Below, piece by piece: positions 1 through 11,171 of a stretch of DNA of 64,000 bases. The stretch covers positions 1,299 through 65,298 of the forward strand of contig JBIOTX010000042.1 in NCBI GenBank assembly GCA_044866315.1, in the 5' to 3' direction. The position numbers and the translations under genes were made by a program. Every line of letters starts with the position of its first letter. The stretch's first letter is position 1. The DNA comes from Thermoanaerobaculia bacterium (GTDB lineage: Bacteria > Acidobacteriota > Thermoanaerobaculia > Gp7-AA8). A model generated the notes under the pieces. The model did not search any database. It saw nothing but the letters and a program-made list of their open reading frames with translations, and was not told where the DNA came from.

Positions 1-350
1 TTCGGCTGCGGCGTGGCCCAGTGCGGGGCCTGCACCGTGCACCTCAACGGCAAGCCGATCCGCTCCTGCGTCACCGACGTCGGCGTCGCGGCCCTCGCCG
101 ACATCACCACGATCGAGGGCCTGTCGCGGGACGGCAGCCACCCCTGCCAGCGCGCCTGGATGAACCTCGGCGTGCCGCAGTGCGGCTTCTGCCAGCCCGG
201 CCAGATCATGGCCGCCGCGGCGCTCATCGCCAACAACAGCAATCCCACCGACGACGACATCGACAATGCGATGCGCGGCAACATCTGCCGCTGCGGCACC
301 TATCCGCGCATCCGGCAGGCGATCCACGAAGCGGCAGGGAGCGTCAAGTC

Positions 351-354
<4 letters not shown>
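1..354 (+). CDS. [2Fe-2S]-binding small subunit of a molybdenum hydroxylase (IorA / aldehyde oxidoreductase type); 5-prime end cut by the window edge
   Basis: Frame 1 is open from base 1. Cys motifs [24 protein letters not shown] and CRCGTY are typical of xanthine-dehydrogenase-family small subunits. The stop overlaps the next start (ATGA at 351-354). Confidence 0.85.
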
Positions 355-3065
<2,711 letters not shown>

Positions 3066-3070
3066 GCCTG

Positions 3071-3112
3071 CGTGCCCCTCTCCCGTCCCCCCACGCGGGA
3101 GAGGGGCGCACG
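3071..3112. other. GC-rich stem-loop between the Mo-hydroxylase and the next gene
   Basis: gcccctctcccg (3074-3085) pairs perfectly with cgggagaggggc (3096-3107). Three more outer pairs form after a 2-nt bulge. No U-tract follows. Confidence 0.6.
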
Positions 3113-3129
3113 TTCCGGCAGGAGGTCCC

Positions 3130-4194
3130 ATGTCCGAAGAGGCCCTCGGCATTCAAGGCTTCACCCCCGACGACAAACGTGTTGTCGCCGGCTCGCGATT
3201 CAGCGTCGTGCGCGACGCCGTCTTCGCCAACCCGTATCAGAAAGTGTGGGGCGCGCCGGGAACCCCGCCGTTCGAGCGCTTCCCGGTCACGCTGATGCCG
3301 CTCCTCGAGGGGATGAGGCCGTGGGGCGGGAAGTGGCAGTTCCTCGCCGCGGCCCGGCGCGTGCTCAACTCCGATTCCGACCTGCGCTGGGGGCCGGATG
3401 GGAAGGGCTTCCGCCGCCTCCTCCACGCCAACGGCATCTGCATGACCGGCCTGTGGGAGGTGACCGAGGAGACGCCGTACACCGGCTACTTCCGCAAGGG
3501 AAGCCGCGGGCTGATGATCGTGCGCTACTCCACCTGCTGCACCGAGACCCGCCGCGGGAACACGCGGTCCCTCTCGATGATCGGCCGCATCTACCCGACC
3601 ACCGATCCGAACCACCCCGAGCCCCTGCCCACCGCGAGCTTCATCACCCAGGAGGACATCGGCGGCGAGGACACGCCGAACATCAACCAGGCGAAGCTGC
3701 GCAACGCGCCCAACACCACCGCCACCAAGCGCGGCAGCGGCATGCCCATCCTCCTCCTCACCGGGATCGTGCTCAACATCGCCGAGAAGAAGCCCACCAT
3801 CCGGCAGGTCTACCAGATCGCCGAGCTCGGGAAGCCGCCCGGCGAGCCCACGCGCGCCCCCGAGTTCATGCAGCTCACCGTGGCCCCGGGCCAGCCGGTC
3901 ATCCCCGGCGACGACCTCGACTTCCGCGACGAGATCATGGCCCACCTCTACGATCCGGGCGATCCCACCCCCAAGCGCAAGCTCGTCTTCGACGTCGAGA
4001 CCTCCGACACCGGCACCACCCACGGCCCTCCGATCAAGGAGCGCCGCGACATCACCAACTGGAAGAAGATCGGCACCATGACCTTCGACGCCGCGGTGGC
4101 CTCCTTCAACGGAGACCACGTCTTTCACGTCAACCACCCGGCGTGGCGGGAGGATCGGAACGATCCGGCGACGGTGGCGAAGTCGAAGGTGTGA
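3130..4194 (+). CDS. Hypothetical protein, possible small catalase-related haem protein
   Basis: ATG at 3130 is preceded by GGAGG. The segment FRRLLHANGICMTGLWEVTEE...GLMIVRYST resembles the catalase distal-His region (VVHAKGAGAxGxFEVT...RFST). At 354 aa it is much shorter than canonical catalases. Confidence 0.5.
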   Translation: MSEEALGIQGFTPDDKRVVAGSRFSVVRDAVFANPYQKVWGAPGTPPFERFPVTLMPLLEGMRPWGGKWQFLAAARRVLNSDSDLRWGPDGKGFRRLLHANGICMTGLWEVTEETPYTGYFRKGSRGLMIVRYSTCCTETRRGNTRSLSMIGRIYPTTDPNHPEPLPTASFITQEDIGGEDTPNINQAKLRNAPNTTATKRGSGMPILLLTGIVLNIAEKKPTIRQVYQIAELGKPPGEPTRAPEFMQLTVAPGQPVIPGDDLDFRDEIMAHLYDPGDPTPKRKLVFDVETSDTGTTHGPPIKERRDITNWKKIGTMTFDAAVASFNGDHVFHVNHPAWREDRNDPATVAKSKV

Positions 4195-4201
4195 GAACCG
4201 C

Positions 4202-6580
4202 TCAGAACGTCTTCAAGAGCTCGATCAGCGCCCGCTTGTCCGCCATGGGCAGACTCCTGCCGAACGGGTGTCCCTTGTCCTCGTAAAAGTCGGGACACTT
4301 GTTCAGCGCCAGGAACTTCGGCACGAGCTCCTTCCGCATCAGCTCCTTCACCTGCGCGTCGCTCAGGTTCTCTTTCCGGATCCTGGCCAGCGTGTCGACG
4401 ATCGCGTGGAGCAGCTCGACGCGCCTCACGCCGAGGGCCAGGCCGGGGTCGAGATTCGTGTTGGCGATCAGATTGATCGGCGTTCCTTCGGGGATGGGTC
4501 CGAGGCGGAGGCTCTGCGTCGCCTGGTCGATGAGATAGGGATGGCGGTTGGCCGCCTCCCGCAGGAGATCGGGGAGATACGGCAGCGGAACGTTGATGGA
4601 CGACTTCCTGGTCGTCTTCCAGATCAGGGTTCCCCGCGGCTGGATCCACAGCATCTTCTCGATGCCGTCCTGGAAGGCCTTCATGCGCGCGGCGACGCTC
4701 ACGTCTCCTGGCATGGCCTTCGTCGGATCGATGCCCACGGTGTTGTTGTGCAGATACGGCGCGCTCGACCAGAGGCTGATCAGCGACGGCGGGCGGTAGT
4801 AGCCGGGGCCGTTCCCCTCGCCGGGGAGGGGGATGCTGACCTGGCTCTTGCCGGTCGGGGAGTACGGGTTGTCGACCTCGAACGTGCCGATCGGCGGGAG
4901 GGTTTTGTACGTCTCCGAGGAGAAGTGGTCCCAGATGTGGTTGCGCGTGGCGTTGGTGGCCGCGGCGCGCGTGGCGTTGGTGCCGATCCGCGTGACCGGG
5001 TGGCGGCGCTCGTCGCTGAGGAAGTTGTCGGTGAAAAAGTCCGGCTTCCTCACCTCGCCGCGGAACCAGTTCTTCGCCTGCTCGGTGACCCGGCCGTCCG
5101 GGCCGAACGGATCGAAGGCCGGCTGCCTGCTCGAGTGGCACGCGGCGCAGTTCTCGGCGAAGACGATCTTCCCGCGATCGAGCACCTTCTGATCCTTGGT
5201 GAGGTATTGCGCGCCGCCCGGCGCGTCCTGCAGCAACAGCGGCTTCGCGTAGTTGACGAAGTAGAGCGCCAGCGCGTGCGAGCGGTCTTCGCTCCAGTTC
5301 CAGGAGGGGGAGCTCATCTGCAGCGCCTTCACCGGCACCGGCGACTGCGACGCGAGCTTCGGGTTGTTCCGGAACGGACCGCCGATGAGCGGGCGGAAGT
5401 GCTTCTGCCATTCCGGCCAGGCGTGGCCGATGTTCACGTAGACCCGGCTGAGCGCTCCCTCGAAGCCGACCGAGTCGTCGCCCTGCTTGAGCACGCGCGG
5501 AACCTTCTGCCCCTTGTCGAGACTGAGCCACTTGAGGTCCAGCGCGCCGCCGGCCAGCTGCTCCACCATCGGGTCGTACTGCCCCACGCGTTTCGTCCCT
5601 CCGTCCGCGGCCCGGCTGAGGCGCTGGGACACGTTGAAGACGCCGTTCATCGTGCCGGGGTTGTTCAGGTAGTCCGTGGCGATGAAGGACGTGTCGAGCG
5701 AGCCCGGAGGGCTGGAGTGGATGAGCTGCCAGACGAAGCTCTCCTCGTCCGGTCCGCTGACTTGTATCGGCTTGCCGTCGATACCGCCGGTGACCAGGCG
5801 AGGGACGAAGAACTCCGCGACGTTGAAGTATTGCGCGCCGACGTAGTCGTTGAGGTTCGCCCACTTCGGATTCACCACGTCCGCCGGCGGGCGGACCGGA
5901 TCGAAGCTCACGTGGCAGAGCGCGCAGGACATGCCCACGATGTAGGGCCGCACCAGCGCCGGGTTGTTGTAATAGCTCGGATCCTCGTAGAAGCGCTTGG
6001 CGTACCCGCCGGTCTTCTTGATCTCGTCGAGCCAGGCCTGTTTGGCGGCGCCGGTGAACTTCGGGTTGTCGGAGAGGCGCAGACCGATGACGCCGGTGGA
6101 TCGGCCGTACGTGGCGGCGCCGACCTTCTGGTCGAACTGGACGGCGTCGGGATCGTTCGAATCGGGAACGTCGATGAAGAGACCGTACCGATCGGGCTTC
6201 GCGGCCTGCATGAAGCCGGGCTGATTGATGATGCCGATGTCCCGGAACCGCGTCGCCCGCCGGCGCGAGTCGATGGTCTTGAGCAGATCGGCCGTGCCGA
6301 AGCCGTGCTGGGCCAGCCAGTCCCACATCAAGCCGCTGTCGCCGACCCAGAGGTTCCAGACGATGCGCCCGCGCAGCGCTTCCTTTTGGTCCGCCTTCCT
6401 CGGATCGAGGGTGATGCCGTTCATCCCCGGAAAGACGTCCACCGTCGTCTCTTGCCACTGCGCCGGCTGCGCGGCGTAGCGAGGAGCTCCCGCGCCGGCT
6501 TGCGGAGCGGCCGGTTCTCTTTTGCAGGAAACGGCGAGGAGGGGCAGGAGGACGAGGAATCCGAGACGGACTCTGACCAT
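4202..6580 (-). CDS. Exported (possible lipoprotein) di-haem c-type cytochrome family protein, ~792 aa
   Basis: The start MVRVRLGFLVLLPLLAVSC is a signal peptide ending in Cys. Two CXXCH motifs are present (MSCALCHVS, ENCAACHSS). The ORF-track extension to 7129 overlaps the upstream gene and is rejected. Confidence 0.7.
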   Translation of the reverse strand: MVRVRLGFLVLLPLLAVSCKREPAAPQAGAGAPRYAAQPAQWQETTVDVFPGMNGITLDPRKADQKEALRGRIVWNLWVGDSGLMWDWLAQHGFGTADLLKTIDSRRRATRFRDIGIINQPGFMQAAKPDRYGLFIDVPDSNDPDAVQFDQKVGAATYGRSTGVIGLRLSDNPKFTGAAKQAWLDEIKKTGGYAKRFYEDPSYYNNPALVRPYIVGMSCALCHVSFDPVRPPADVVNPKWANLNDYVGAQYFNVAEFFVPRLVTGGIDGKPIQVSGPDEESFVWQLIHSSPPGSLDTSFIATDYLNNPGTMNGVFNVSQRLSRAADGGTKRVGQYDPMVEQLAGGALDLKWLSLDKGQKVPRVLKQGDDSVGFEGALSRVYVNIGHAWPEWQKHFRPLIGGPFRNNPKLASQSPVPVKALQMSSPSWNWSEDRSHALALYFVNYAKPLLLQDAPGGAQYLTKDQKVLDRGKIVFAENCAACHSSRQPAFDPFGPDGRVTEQAKNWFRGEVRKPDFFTDNFLSDERRHPVTRIGTNATRAAATNATRNHIWDHFSSETYKTLPPIGTFEVDNPYSPTGKSQVSIPLPGEGNGPGYYRPPSLISLWSSAPYLHNNTVGIDPTKAMPGDVSVAARMKAFQDGIEKMLWIQPRGTLIWKTTRKSSINVPLPYLPDLLREAANRHPYLIDQATQSLRLGPIPEGTPINLIANTNLDPGLALGVRRVELLHAIVDTLARIRKENLSDAQVKELMRKELVPKFLALNKCPDFYEDKGHPFGRSLPMADKRALIELLKTF

Positions 6581-6590
6581 GTGACCTTCC

Positions 6591-7661
6591 CTACTGCTGC
6601 GCGCGCGGGTCGCCGATGGTCTTGAAATACTCGCGCAGTTTCGGCGGCCGATATTCTTTGTCGTTGTCCCACCGCTGGAGCACCGTCGGATGCACGCTCT
6701 GGGTGGGGTCGAGCCCGTTCGGCCCGGCGTTCGTCGAATTCGGGGACGGCAGCCCCACCGGCCGGTCGAACGGCCGCAGGAGCTTGTACTTGAAGGAGCG
6801 GGAGTCGTGCGGCGGGTTCTGCAGTGGATTCGGATGCAGCGGGCGGCCCTCGAGCACCTCCGGATCGATGTGCAGGTCCGTGGCCTGCGCCCGCTCCAGC
6901 ATCCACTGCAGGGCCACGTCCGACAGGCCCGTCTCCGCGTAGCCGCCGCCGACGTCGGAGTGCACGCCGGCGAACCACACCTGCTCCACCTTCTGCTCGG
7001 GCTTGGGTTTGTAGTCCCACAGCGTCGGCCGGAACGGCCCCCTCCGCTCGTCGATGGCCAGTGCGTGATAGGCGTGGCGCACGTTCTTGCCCAGCTCCGT
7101 ATCGTGGAACGCGAACTTGTGCGAGTCATGCCCCGGGATCCCCAGCGCGCCGACCGTGTCCCACACGCCGATGAACTTGACGTCGATCGGCTCGACGGGG
7201 CTGATCGAGTTGTTCCGGCGGAACTCCACCGCCGGAGGATCGTCGGGGCGGTGCTTGCTCCGATACAGCTCCAGCGCGTCGTGATACTTCCCCGCGCTCC
7301 GGCGGGTGAGGATGCCGCACTTGCGGATCATCCCGAGGATGCTCCGCGCCGTGAACGCGCCGCGGCTGAATCCGAAGAAATAGAGCTCGTCGCCCGGCTC
7401 GTAGTTCCCCACCACGAACCGGTAGGCGTCATGGATGTTCTCTTCCAGCCCCTCTCCCACCACCCCTCCGACGACGCGGTCGACGAGGTTCCCGGTCCCC
7501 ACGCCCTGGTCGTAGTAGACGATCTGCGGATTCCCCGCGGCATCGCGCTTGGCGACCCGCACGGCCATCTTCACGACATTGGTCACGCACGGCTGGCCGT
7601 TCTCTTCGACCTTGTCGGCGCGGTTCCACGTCCCATCGCAGCAGAGGACCAGTCTCTTCAT
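6591..7661 (-). CDS. DUF2235 (Tle1-like) alpha/beta hydrolase domain protein
   Basis: The N-terminus MKRLVLCCDGTWN and the GFSRGA nucleophile-elbow motif are characteristic of DUF2235. Confidence 0.8.
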   Translation of the reverse strand: MKRLVLCCDGTWNRADKVEENGQPCVTNVVKMAVRVAKRDAAGNPQIVYYDQGVGTGNLVDRVVGGVVGEGLEENIHDAYRFVVGNYEPGDELYFFGFSRGAFTARSILGMIRKCGILTRRSAGKYHDALELYRSKHRPDDPPAVEFRRNNSISPVEPIDVKFIGVWDTVGALGIPGHDSHKFAFHDTELGKNVRHAYHALAIDERRGPFRPTLWDYKPKPEQKVEQVWFAGVHSDVGGGYAETGLSDVALQWMLERAQATDLHIDPEVLEGRPLHPNPLQNPPHDSRSFKYKLLRPFDRPVGLPSPNSTNAGPNGLDPTQSVHPTVLQRWDNDKEYRPPKLREYFKTIGDPRAQQ

Positions 7662-7693
7662 ATGTATAGGAGAGGCGTGGTGGGATCGTTTCC

Positions 7694-8236
7694 CTACCCG
7701 CGGCTCGATGCCGCCGGCCAGGCGATCCGCTCGCGGATTCCGTCGCTCGTCTCCACCTCGACGCTCTCCATGCCGATGGAGCGGAGCACGAAGTGCTCAT
7801 CGATCCGCTCGCCGGCGCGGACGGTGATGATCTCGCCGTCCCGCGCGAAGGCCGCGATCGGGTGGTCGTGCGGTCCGAACCGGCCGATGTACCTCCAGGT
7901 GAAGCGAGGGCTCGGCGGGGCGATGGGCTCCGGCTCGACCATCGGCACTGGCTGCGGAGGCGGCGGCGCGACGAACGCGATCGGCGCCGGCTCCACGCGC
8001 CGCCGCTCGAGCTCCACGTAGGCGAAGAGGTTCCGGTTGCCCTGGCTCTCCCGGGGAGCGTTCAGGTTGACGAGTTGCGGAGGAGGAGGAACTTGCTCCT
8101 CCGGCGCACGGACGGCGGCCGCCGGCTGCACCTGCACGGCCGGCGAGGCCGGATCGTCGAGGGCGATGCCGCGCACCAGCCATCCGAACAGCGCGGCGGT
8201 CACGGCGAGCGCGAGGATCTTCGGTGAAACGCGCAT
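7694..8236 (-). CDS. Hypothetical exported Pro-rich protein (weak PilP/GspC-like C-terminal beta domain)
   Basis: The ATG at 8236 gives MRVSPKILALAVTAALFGWLV, a signal or anchor. The middle is Pro-rich. The C-terminal pattern IAAFARDGEIITVRAGERIDEHFVLRSIGMESVEV fits the weak similarity. High GC3. Confidence 0.55.
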   Translation of the reverse strand: MRVSPKILALAVTAALFGWLVRGIALDDPASPAVQVQPAAAVRAPEEQVPPPPQLVNLNAPRESQGNRNLFAYVELERRRVEPAPIAFVAPPPPQPVPMVEPEPIAPPSPRFTWRYIGRFGPHDHPIAAFARDGEIITVRAGERIDEHFVLRSIGMESVEVETSDGIRERIAWPAASSRG

Positions 8237-8268
8237 CGTCTGTTGGGACGAACGGCGCGCGGTCGGCG

Positions 8269-9051
8269 TTACGGCTTCCGGGTGGTGAAATACCGCTTCA
8301 GCCACTGCGACAGCCCGTCCAGGCCTGGGAAGAGCACGCGCTCGGTGACGTTGGCCTGATCGAGCTTGTCGCGCACCTCCCACTTCAGCTCCGCCGGGAT
8401 GACGACGCGGCGATGCGCCCCCTCGCGCTGCTCGAGAAGACGCTGGAGGGAGAGCCGCTCGCTGGAGGGGAGGGAGAAGAGGGCGAACTGGTTGACGATC
8501 CGCTCGTCGAGCGACGGCGGCTCGAAGAAGACCACGAAGTCGTGCTCGGCGAGGGCGTCGAAGGCGTCGAGGGTGGTGGCCACGCGGTTGAGCAGCTCGG
8601 TGGTAAAGATGTTGACGTCCTCGTCGTCGAGCACCTTTCGCAGCTTCGCCGGCAGCATCTCGTTCATCTTACGGTAGTCGACGCACCAGATCACGGCGTC
8701 CTCGTCGAACTGCCGGAAGTCGTGGGTGGCGAAGTGCAGGGCCACGTACGGCGAATAGGTCCAGTCCAGGAGGCGCGTGGGCAGGCCGTGATGCTTGGCC
8801 AGCGATAGCCAGTTCCAGACCCAGTCGCCGTGCACGGCGCTGCGCAGCGCGTACTTGCGGAAGCTGGTGAGGAGATGCCGCTCCTGGGCCTCGAAGCCGC
8901 CGCTCTGCAGGCTGGTCTCCAGGCCGTGCCGGGCCCGCGGGACGCCGCGGAAGACGAAGTGGGAGCGGAAGCGCGAGATAGCCGGCTGCCAGGAGGCGTC
9001 GAAAAGAGCTTCCTGGAGCTCGATCCACGACGACACGCGCAGCTCGCTCAT
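8269..9051 (-). CDS. FRG domain-containing protein
   Basis: Motifs HFVFRGVPRARHGLETSL and HHGLPTRLLDWTYSPYVALHFA match the FRG-domain signature. The ATG at 9051 is preferred over the TTG at 9069. Confidence 0.75.
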   Translation of the reverse strand: MSELRVSSWIELQEALFDASWQPAISRFRSHFVFRGVPRARHGLETSLQSGGFEAQERHLLTSFRKYALRSAVHGDWVWNWLSLAKHHGLPTRLLDWTYSPYVALHFATHDFRQFDEDAVIWCVDYRKMNEMLPAKLRKVLDDEDVNIFTTELLNRVATTLDAFDALAEHDFVVFFEPPSLDERIVNQFALFSLPSSERLSLQRLLEQREGAHRRVVIPAELKWEVRDKLDQANVTERVLFPGLDGLSQWLKRYFTTRKP

Positions 9052-9083
9052 GGCCGCGGCCGGCTGCAAGCGCCGGGCCTTGT

Positions 9084-11150
9084 ATGCTCGCGCCCGTGAA
9101 CCGCGTCACCCTCATCCTCGCGCTCCTCCTCGGCGCGTGGCTTCGCTTCGCCGGCCTGGCCCGGCCGAGCTTCTGGCTGGACGAGATCCTCAACTACGAC
9201 ATCGCCACGCGCGCGCTGGCACGCCCCTGGTGGGAGTGGCTGACCGGGTTCGCGACCGACGGCCCGCTCTCGTACGCGTTCGCGCTGGCGGGGCGCTTCG
9301 TCTCCTCGCCGGAGCTCTCCGCCCGGCTGGCGCCGGCCCTCTTCGGCGTGGCGGCGATCTTCGTGGGCTGGCTGGCGGCGCGGCGGCTCGCCCCCGAGGT
9401 GTCGCTCGTCTATCCGCTGCTCCTGGCGGTGGCGCCGCTGCACGTCTACTACAGCCGCGAGGCCCGTCCCTACGCGCTGCTGATGCTCCTGGCGACGGCG
9501 ATGACCGCGCTCCTGCTGCGCGGCGGATCGATGGGAGTAGCGATCGTCGTGCTGGTAGCGGCGATCTATGCCTCGCCCGGCTCGACGCCGCTGCTGCTGG
9601 CGACGGCGATCGCCGCCGGTGCGGCGTACGTCATCGGACGAAACCCGTTCCACGGCCGCTACGCGACGGCCGCCGTGCTCGCGGCCGCGCTCGTGCCGCT
9701 GCTGTACGGCGCATGGCCGGCGAAGGCGTCGGACGTCCCGGCGACGCTGAGCGCGCGCTACCTGCCCTCGCTGATCGCGTCCTTTTCCTTCGCCGCGGTC
9801 GATACGTCGGACGTGTCGCGCGCGGCCTACCTCGTCCTCGCCTTCGCGGTGATCGGCGCGATCGCCCTCGCGCGCGACGACCGCGCGAAAGCCGCCATCG
9901 TCGGCGGCATGGCCCTCCTTCCCGTCCTCCTCGGCCTGCTTGCGCTCTGGCGGCTCAAGCACTGGTATGCCGTGCGCTACGTGGCCGTCGCGCTGCCGGC
10001 GTACCTGCTGCTCGCGGCCATCGGCATCGCCGCGATCGCGCGCCTGGTCCGGCACCGCGTCGCCCGTCCGGCGATCGCTCTCGTGCTCGCCGCGGCGTTC
10101 CTTCGTGAGGCCCTTCCCGCCGCGCGGCGCGAGCCGCTGCGGAAGCTGGACTGGCGCGTGGTCGCCCAGACGCTGTGGGATCACGCCGGGCCGAGCGACG
10201 CCGTCCTGGCCACGAACGAGTGGGCGCGGGTCTCGCTCGAGTTCTACCTCCGCCGCCTCCCGCCCCGCGTGCGCCTCTACGGCGCGCGCGACATGCTGCC
10301 CATCGCCGCCAGCATCGTCGATCAGAACGATCCGGTGTGGATCGTGTCCGCTGGCACCGATGCGTCGGACGTCTCCGCCTGGACCTGCCGTTACCCGGTC
10401 GTGCTGGCCAATCCCCTGGAGTCGCTGCGCGTCCACTACGCGCCGACGCTCGCCCATTTCGTCGAGCACCGCATGACCGCGGCCGACGCGCGCAACGCCG
10501 CGCGCGGGCAGCTCTTCGTCGACTTCGGCCCGGCCGACGAGCCGCTGCTGCGCGGCCAGTGGGCGAATGCGGAAGGGGAGCAGCGGTGGGTGCAGGGCAC
10601 GCGCGCGGCCGTCGTCCTTCCGATGGGCTACGCGGCCGATCACCGCATCGTGGTCTCGCTTCTGCCGCACGGCGAGCAGCGCGCGCGGGTCTCGCTCAAC
10701 GGCGCACCCGTCGCCGACTTTGCGCTGGATCAGGGGTGGAAGGAGTACGAGATCGCCACGCGGGCCGGCCAGTGGCGGCCCGGAGGGAACGTCCTGGCCT
10801 TCGAGTTCAGCCGCGCCAGCGTGGCTTCCCCGATCGACGCGCGCACGATCAGCGCGATGTTCGACAATCTCTGGGTCGTTCCCCCGGGGAAGACGGTCGA
10901 TCGGCAGCCCTGGAAGCCAGCCGTGTCTCTGGTCTCGATCGGCGGACAGAGCCTGGCCGAGCAACTGGCCTGGAATTCCGTCTGTCTCGATGACAAGGGA
11001 TTCCTCGCCCTCGCCTACCGGGAGCTGTATGGCCGCCCGATCGACCCGAAGGGGGAGCGGTACCACCTCGGGCGGATGCGGCGCGGCCAGACCCGGGAGG
11101 ACGTCGTCCGGACCATGATGCGCTCGCCGGAGTTCCGGCCGAGGAGGTAA
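9084..11150 (+). CDS. GT-C fold membrane glycosyltransferase (GT39/ArnT-like) with a C-terminal DUF4214-like repeat
   Basis: The N-terminal half has multiple TM helices, with FWLDE in the first loop. The C-terminal LAYRELYGRPIDPKGERYHLGRMRRGQTREDVVRTMMRSPEF resembles DUF4214. Confidence 0.7.
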   Translation: MLAPVNRVTLILALLLGAWLRFAGLARPSFWLDEILNYDIATRALARPWWEWLTGFATDGPLSYAFALAGRFVSSPELSARLAPALFGVAAIFVGWLAARRLAPEVSLVYPLLLAVAPLHVYYSREARPYALLMLLATAMTALLLRGGSMGVAIVVLVAAIYASPGSTPLLLATAIAAGAAYVIGRNPFHGRYATAAVLAAALVPLLYGAWPAKASDVPATLSARYLPSLIASFSFAAVDTSDVSRAAYLVLAFAVIGAIALARDDRAKAAIVGGMALLPVLLGLLALWRLKHWYAVRYVAVALPAYLLLAAIGIAAIARLVRHRVARPAIALVLAAAFLREALPAARREPLRKLDWRVVAQTLWDHAGPSDAVLATNEWARVSLEFYLRRLPPRVRLYGARDMLPIAASIVDQNDPVWIVSAGTDASDVSAWTCRYPVVLANPLESLRVHYAPTLAHFVEHRMTAADARNAARGQLFVDFGPADEPLLRGQWANAEGEQRWVQGTRAAVVLPMGYAADHRIVVSLLPHGEQRARVSLNGAPVADFALDQGWKEYEIATRAGQWRPGGNVLAFEFSRASVASPIDARTISAMFDNLWVVPPGKTVDRQPWKPAVSLVSIGGQSLAEQLAWNSVCLDDKGFLALAYRELYGRPIDPKGERYHLGRMRRGQTREDVVRTMMRSPEFRPRR

Positions 11151-11171
11151 ACTGTCCGGTGCACCACATCC

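Noticed and set aside
4125-6625. Two ORFs of ~780 aa (4125-6458 minus, 4268-6625 plus) overlapping the cytochrome c gene
   Set aside because: Only the 4202-6580 minus frame gives a signal peptide, CXXCH motifs and a balanced composition. The others are alternative-frame artefacts.
6591-7661. DUF2235 protein as a type VI secretion Tle1 effector
   Set aside because: There is no vgrG, hcp, PAAR, tss gene or adjacent immunity lipoprotein in the window. DUF2235 also occurs widely outside T6SS. I kept only the generic hydrolase call.
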